From positions 3,360,001 through 3,424,000 of the forward strand of contig OY843751.1 of the NCBI GenBank assembly GCA_963693055.1: 64,000 nt of DNA. The letters run 5' to 3'. The notes beneath the pieces are model-generated. The model made no database searches. It saw only the letters and a list, made by a program, of their open reading frames with translations, and was not told the DNA's origin. The stretch's first letter is position 1, and each line of letters opens with the position of its first letter. Of this stretch, positions 58,799-64,000 are shown piece after piece. The stretch is from a bacterium. GTDB lineage: Bacteria > Zhuqueibacterota > Zhuqueibacteria > Residuimicrobiales > Krinioviventaceae. The translations under genes and the position numbers were made by a program.

Positions 58799-59872
58799 CT
58801 ATCGTATTATTTTAACTTTGGAGTGATCACGCAATGTTTCATAACCTTTAATAATTATGCGATCATTTTCTTTCAGGCCTTCAAGCACTTGAACCTGGAA
58901 TGGATTTTCAATACCTGTTACAATCCGTCTGTCTTCTGCTGCTCCTTTTTCAACCACAAAAACCCGTTTTGAATCTCCCCGTGCTAAAATGATCTCTTTG
59001 GGAACAACCAACGCGCTGTCTTCACTGGCAACAATAATTTCAGACTTTACAAACATGCCCGGTCTGAATAATAACTTGGCATTATCTACTTCTACAGCAA
59101 CTTTGAAAGAACGGCTATCAGGATCCAGGGCCGGTGCAACCTGGGTAACATTGCCGTTCAGGGTATCATATTTAACCATATAATTCATAATACGCACAGG
59201 CTGTTCTTTATCAACTCGGCCTAATTCTTTACCGGGCAAAGAAAGCTCAAGATACAGTTTTCGATAGTCCATCAATTCAACGATTAACACACCCGTTTCA
59301 ACGCGTGTACCTGATGTAAAATAGGGTAAATCAACAATAACACCATCAAAAAGTGCAATAACTTTAGTTTTGGCAAGCTGTAATACAGCATTTTCATAAC
59401 TGTATTTGGCATCGATATAAGAAATTTCTGCATTTTTCAATTCTCGAAAAGTGACCCCTCCCTTTTCGTACAAGGATTGCTGTTTGGTATACTCGCTTTC
59501 AGACACTTCAAGGTTGAGCTTTTGTGACTCGAACGCGATGGAATTTTCAAGTTCAGGATTGTCCAGGAATACGATCACCTGGTCTTTTTTCACCTGATCG
59601 CCCATCTGAAACGGTTTTCCTGTCATCGGATTGTTAGCAATACGATAATATCCATTGGTTTCAGAATTCAGTTCAACAACCTTTGTTGCATAGACCGTTC
59701 CGGTTGCAGAAATATATTCCTGAATGGGCTGAGGCTTTAATTCTTCCACTGAAACCGGAACCGCAATCTGCATATCCATTCCGGCATCCTGGCGACTACA
59801 TGCCGAAAACATTACAAGAAAAGCAGCGAACAAAATGATTAAAAACTTTTTCATAAGATAATTCCTTGACAC
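58799..59872 (-). CDS. RND periplasmic adaptor (membrane fusion lipoprotein)
   Basis: Lipobox FSAC, alpha-hairpin, ALFDGVI, RPGMF and GLKENDRII. The true start may be ATG 59854. Confidence 0.92.
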   Translation of the reverse strand: MSRNYLMKKFLIILFAAFLVMFSACSRQDAGMDMQIAVPVSVEELKPQPIQEYISATGTVYATKVVELNSETNGYYRIANNPMTGKPFQMGDQVKKDQVIVFLDNPELENSIAFESQKLNLEVSESEYTKQQSLYEKGGVTFRELKNAEISYIDAKYSYENAVLQLAKTKVIALFDGVIVDLPYFTSGTRVETGVLIVELMDYRKLYLELSLPGKELGRVDKEQPVRIMNYMVKYDTLNGNVTQVAPALDPDSRSFKVAVEVDNAKLLFRPGMFVKSEIIVASEDSALVVPKEIILARGDSKRVFVVEKGAAEDRRIVTGIENPFQVQVLEGLKENDRIIIKGYETLRDHSKVKIIR

Positions 59873-59874
59873 GT

Positions 59875-60216
59875 TTATTGTTTTTCCCTGCCGCGATACA
59901 ACTTGATTTCAACCTTTTCAAGTGTCACGAGTCCCTCTTTGATCACATCCTTAATGTGGGGCCAAAACGATTCTATTTTTTCTATTGTATCAACTATTTC
60001 AATTATAATAGGTAAATCTTCAGACAAGCGTAATATTTTTGATGTATGTAATTTACTGGTTGGACCAAATCCTTCAATACCGCGTATAACTGTAGCTCCT
60101 GCCAGCCCTTGTTCTCTGGCCTTACGTACTATCCATTCATACAAAGGTTTGTGCTCGTATTTATCACTTTCTCCAATAAAAATGCGTAACAGGTGTCCCT
60201 GTTCTTCGAGCTTCAT
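59875..60216 (-). CDS. DUF190 family (PII-like) protein
   Basis: LRIFIGESD, GLAGATVIRGIEGFG and LSEDLPIIIEIVD. Confidence 0.92.
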   Translation of the reverse strand: MKLEEQGHLLRIFIGESDKYEHKPLYEWIVRKAREQGLAGATVIRGIEGFGPTSKLHTSKILRLSEDLPIIIEIVDTIEKIESFWPHIKDVIKEGLVTLEKVEIKLYRGREKQ

Positions 60217-60226
60217 ACTGTTCTCC

Positions 60227-60604
60227 TTAAATCAAACGGGAGACAAAATCTCCCAGATAAACAGCGGATAATCCCAATACAATATGCACAACCACATTCA
60301 GTACAGCAGGTGCTATCTGTCCATCGCGAATAAAACTGAATGATTCATATCCAAAAGTGGAAAATGTTGTAAAACTTCCCAAAACGCCAACAAAAAGAAT
60401 CAACCGGGTTTCGGTATGAAACACGCCATGTGCTTCACCAATACCATTTAACAAACCAATTATAAAACAACCCAAAATATTTACAGTCATGGTACCATAA
60501 GGAAAGTATGCTTTGTCTAATATCTGGTGAACCAGACCTCCTACCGCATATCGTAATATTGCACCTACAAACCCACCTATACCTACAAGTAATGCTTTGA
60601 ACAA
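60227..60604 (-). CDS. crcB: Fluoride efflux channel CrcB/Fluc
   Basis: GGFVGAILRY, FPYGTMTVNILG and GVLGSFTTFSTF. Confidence 0.95.
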   Translation of the reverse strand: MFKALLVGIGGFVGAILRYAVGGLVHQILDKAYFPYGTMTVNILGCFIIGLLNGIGEAHGVFHTETRLILFVGVLGSFTTFSTFGYESFSFIRDGQIAPAVLNVVVHIVLGLSAVYLGDFVSRLI

Positions 60605-60622
60605 ATCATACTCCTGTTATTG

Positions 60623-62077
60623 CTATTTATATTCCGGAACTACCGGTTCATTTCTCACAAAATCCCACATGGATTCAATTTTTAAATTCAAAAGCGCCAG
60701 TTTATAATCAATCAAAGCAGAAATCAGGCTGTTTTTACGATCAGATAACTGGGTCTGGTACAAATTCAGATCCATACTTGTCAGGTCACCATTCTGATAT
60801 TTTTCCAGATTAATTTCATAGGTCAACTCTGAATTTCTAACATTCTGACGGGCAATTTCAATTTGAATTTCAAGGTTTTTCAGATTGCGCACAGCCTGAC
60901 GAATACCAATAATAATCTCGTCTTTTTGTGTTCTTTCACGCAATCTGTTTGTTTCTAGTGTAACTTCAGATGCTTTAATACGGGCCTTGCGTTCACCCCA
61001 GTCAAACAAGGGTATATCAAAAGAAACCGCAACTCGCTGGTTTTTGGTTGCCTCGTCATAGATGTTTGCATATTGCTCATTAGTACCAATAATACCATAA
61101 GAAACGGTTACATCCCCTTTGAATTCATTATAAGCTTTGGTTTCAGTCAAAGTAGCCAAAGCATTTTCAATATCAATACTACGTTGGCGCATTTCCATAC
61201 GGCTTGCCAGTCCGGTATCAATTGCCTTTTGCATATCAACTGTAACCGGTACATGAGTTACATCTGCGGTAACATCAACATCTTCAAGAATAGATATTCC
61301 AATCATCTGTTTAAACTGGTCCAGGGCATTGTCCCAGGTCAGTTTCGCATTCTGCATTGTTGATTTACTGGTAGCCAGGTTGACTTCTGCCTGATACAGT
61401 TCCTCCATAGCAGATATGCCAGCATCTACCTTGTTTTTAATGATCTGATAACTGGCTTCCTGATTATTATATTCTTCAACAGCGATGTTATAACTCATCT
61501 TGGCACTGTACACGCTGTAATAAGATTGTGTCACATTGTATTCCAGCATTAACATACGCAAAGCGTAATTGATAGAGGCATTTTCAAGGTCCAGCTCCAG
61601 AGATCTCAGCTCCAAACGGGTACGATTATACGTAAATATAGGCTGGTTATAACTGAGATAAAGGTTATTGCTATATGATTCCCGTTGGGTATCACTAAAT
61701 TCACTATACGCGTCTTGCCATTCCAGTTGATTGTTCAAAGATATGGTGCCATCTGTCCATTCAATAGGCTGAGAAATGCTGAAAACACCGGAATAAGACG
61801 TATTTTCATTATCATTCCATGTATTATAAAACGTATTAAACTCTCTAACCTTTGTATATTCAAAAGGTGTTACAGACAAGTTGAATTTGGAACGTAATGC
61901 AGCCTTTTGAGCTTTTAACAATTGCTGGCTGCGTTCAAGAGACAGTCGATATTGCATAATATCAGGGCTATTTTCGCGTGCTGTTTCCATTGCACTTTCA
62001 AGGGTAAACATTTTCTGAGCAAATGTCAGCGGCGTGATGCATAAAACCAAAACGATCAGAACATTGAAATATTTCAT
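60623..62077 (-). CDS. TolC family outer-membrane efflux protein
   Basis: Signal peptide, TLESAMETA, YNQPIF, DIPLFDWG and KYQNG. Located in the RND operon. Confidence 0.92.
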   Translation of the reverse strand: MKYFNVLIVLVLCITPLTFAQKMFTLESAMETARENSPDIMQYRLSLERSQQLLKAQKAALRSKFNLSVTPFEYTKVREFNTFYNTWNDNENTSYSGVFSISQPIEWTDGTISLNNQLEWQDAYSEFSDTQRESYSNNLYLSYNQPIFTYNRTRLELRSLELDLENASINYALRMLMLEYNVTQSYYSVYSAKMSYNIAVEEYNNQEASYQIIKNKVDAGISAMEELYQAEVNLATSKSTMQNAKLTWDNALDQFKQMIGISILEDVDVTADVTHVPVTVDMQKAIDTGLASRMEMRQRSIDIENALATLTETKAYNEFKGDVTVSYGIIGTNEQYANIYDEATKNQRVAVSFDIPLFDWGERKARIKASEVTLETNRLRERTQKDEIIIGIRQAVRNLKNLEIQIEIARQNVRNSELTYEINLEKYQNGDLTSMDLNLYQTQLSDRKNSLISALIDYKLALLNLKIESMWDFVRNEPVVPEYK

Positions 62078-62086
62078 TTACATTCC

Positions 62087-64000
62087 TTACTGTTTAACCC
62101 ATTTAATTGCGTCTGCCAGAACCACTCTACCACCGGTCTTGTCTGACAATTCTACAACAGCTTTGCCCGATGACAGATAATAGTTCCCCAACAGTATCCA
62201 ACCATCATCAGCGGATTCAAGAGATACAGGAACTTCTTCCTTACCATCATCATGGTAGATAATATAATTAAATTCTTTTAATCCATCACTGTCTCTACCA
62301 CCACCAGAACCTCCGGGAGGTCCACCACGTCTTCTACTAAACATATTGAGCGAAGATGTATTAATATAGGTGTAAATATTATACTGTCCATTCGAGGGTA
62401 TGTCAGCAGTCCACGAAACCTTGTTGGTACCATTTCCTTTTTTCACAGCATATGCCGAGTGTATATTTTTACCCCAGAATTCATCGTTAACTGTTTTTTT
62501 CCACTGTGTAGGTATTCGCCAGGGATTTAAACCGATATATTCATCATCTTCAACTTCTTTTATACCCAGAAAACGTTTTAATATACTGGCTTCCTGTACC
62601 TGCTCAACTTTAAATCCGTCATCTTCATTATCCACAACAATTTCACCAGGAAGGATTGCGGCTTTATATTCTGCAGGGCGAATCAAATCCAAAGGAACGG
62701 CTCGCTCATTGAGCTCCATTTTTTCAAAACGCTCGCTAATTTCATTGGGAAGGTTCATAGATGTCAAAGTATTGATCGTCATACCACGGGGTTCCGTATC
62801 CAGAACTATTCCAACATGATAAGCATTTTTACTATCCAGTTTATATAACCGGGGTGGTTCTTCATCTTCATTTCCGCCGCCGCCGAATCCTCTAAAGCCA
62901 CCTCTTCCACCCATTCGGAAAGATACAGATATTACACCATCTACATCAGAATCATTCTGAATATCAAATCTGAGTTGGTAACGGGTACGGTTATTATCCA
63001 AAACTTTATAGGATTGCATGTTGGACACATAAAATGCAGGCAATTCAGTCTGATTATACCAGTTTTCTACAAAAGACTTGAACTCGGATTGGAAATCACC
63101 CGGCAGGGTCTTAACAAAAGATTCAAACCCTGCGGTTTGAAACCGGTTTTCTGCTAAATATTGTTTTAATAATTCGTCAAATGTATCAATACCAACCTGT
63201 GATTTAATTAATGAAAACAATGCTTCACTTTTTATTTTTAATACATCATTCCACATTTCAGATTCTTCTGAATTGCTCAAAACATTTGCAAGGCTGTTTT
63301 CTTCAAGAAGAAGATTGGCCTTTTCCTCTTCAACCAGGCCCTCCATCCTTCTAAAGAAACTTGGCCTGTTGTCTTGCATTTTTGTTAGCATAAATGCTTC
63401 AAATGCTTTATCCAATACCGGCCAATCTGTGGATTTTACCGTATTGATAAATGTATAAAAGTTCGGAAAAAGATTACCATCGGGTTGTTCCGCTTCATTA
63501 TTACCCCTGAAAGGACGACCAAACTGTTGTCCCTTGAATACATTGGTCACAAACATGTTGAACATTTGTGATTGACTTTCACCAGGACTTATACTGCGGT
63601 TACTGCGCTGACTGAAACGTTCCTGTCGACGAACAGACAGATTAAAATCAGCAGATTCATATTTTACCGCATTTTCTGTTAGAAAAACCTGTGCCGGTTG
63701 TACAACTTCCTGGTGGAACTGCAGCGGTTTTTCAAATGCAAGAAAATGCACCGGGACTTCAATTACTGACAATCGTTTATATGGATAATCGCTATTGAAC
63801 TGGATCTCAAGATCATTCATATTATCGCGAATCAAAGCTTCAAGTGTATCAGCAATGTCTGTAAAGAAAGGTTTATAGTAATTGTGGTTTTTATTGGTAT
63901 AAAGCTCATATTCAACACTGTCAACATTAATACTGGCTCTCTGATATTCACCAATGACAAGTGAAATTTGCGGAAGCGGAATTTCGGATATAAAATGATA
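62087..64000 (-). CDS. Large protein, 5' end outside the window: degenerate M1-aminopeptidase-like region plus C-terminal golvesin/xanthan-lyase-CBD-like beta-sandwich
   Basis: The frame stays open to 64000 (YHFISEIPLPQISLVIGEY...). KSEALFSLIKSQVGIDTFDELLKQYL...FVENWY resembles the M1 helical region. VVDNEDDGF...GQYNIY...GWILLGNYYL...VLADAIKWV resembles the golvesin C-terminal domain. Confidence 0.65.
   Translation of the reverse strand, partial: YHFISEIPLPQISLVIGEYQRASINVDSVEYELYTNKNHNYYKPFFTDIADTLEALIRDNMNDLEIQFNSDYPYKRLSVIEVPVHFLAFEKPLQFHQEVVQPAQVFLTENAVKYESADFNLSVRRQERFSQRSNRSISPGESQSQMFNMFVTNVFKGQQFGRPFRGNNEAEQPDGNLFPNFYTFINTVKSTDWPVLDKAFEAFMLTKMQDNRPSFFRRMEGLVEEEKANLLLEENSLANVLSNSEESEMWNDVLKIKSEALFSLIKSQVGIDTFDELLKQYLAENRFQTAGFESFVKTLPGDFQSEFKSFVENWYNQTELPAFYVSNMQSYKVLDNNRTRYQLRFDIQNDSDVDGVISVSFRMGGRGGFRGFGGGGNEDEEPPRLYKLDSKNAYHVGIVLDTEPRGMTINTLTSMNLPNEISERFEKMELNERAVPLDLIRPAEYKAAILPGEIVVDNEDDGFKVEQVQEASILKRFLGIKEVEDDEYIGLNPWRIPTQWKKTVNDEFWGKNIHSAYAVKKGNGTNKVSWTADIPSNGQYNIYTYINTSSLNMFSRRRGGPPGGSGGGRDSDGLKEFNYIIYHDDGKEEVPVSLESADDGWILLGNYYLSSGKAVVELSDKTGGRVVLADAIKWVKQ

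Noticed and set aside
60605-60622. Fluoride riboswitch upstream of crcB
   Set aside because: Only 18 nt separate crcB from the TolC gene, and no aptamer motif was seen.
63833-63835. TTG at 63835 as the start of the last gene
   Set aside because: The reading frame stays open to the window end, so the true start lies outside the window.

Overview
Bacterial chromosomal segment of moderate GC, mostly housekeeping and envelope genes. A FlgD/Por-type 'QNYPNPFN' C-terminal tail, a GWxTD-domain protein, Tat-exported enzymes and strong GGAG Shine-Dalgarno sites suggest a non-Bacteroidia FCB-group organism such as KSB1 or Calditrichota (inference). In order, the window holds: two tandem secreted BNR/Asp-box beta-propeller paralogs sharing a 136-bp near-identical 5' cassette; an FNR-box-driven pair (stand-alone sigma region-2 protein plus 4Fe-4S membrane protein); a porin-MCP pair; a Gfo/Idh/MocA oxidoreductase; an AT-rich two-gene island (dGTPase plus CCA/PAP-like nucleotidyltransferase, probably a Clover-type anti-phage module) preceded by a (CCCCTTTAT)7 G-quadruplex-capable repeat; mnmA; a rhamnose/sulfate glycan-degradation cluster (GH106, sulfatase, FGE-PL11 fusion); redox genes; nhaA; an unusual cluster (CPBP, GNAT, PurD-like ligase, ATE-like transferase, beta-barrel, second LysA-like enzyme); a lysine-riboswitch-controlled lysC-dapB-dapA-dapF-dapL-lysA operon; and a hybrid export operon whose second RND permease is fused to an ABC ATPase interrupted by a membrane insert, with crcB/DUF190 embedded. 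No tRNA, rRNA, CRISPR array, integrase or transposase was recognised. All assignments are by eye from motifs; no database search was run.
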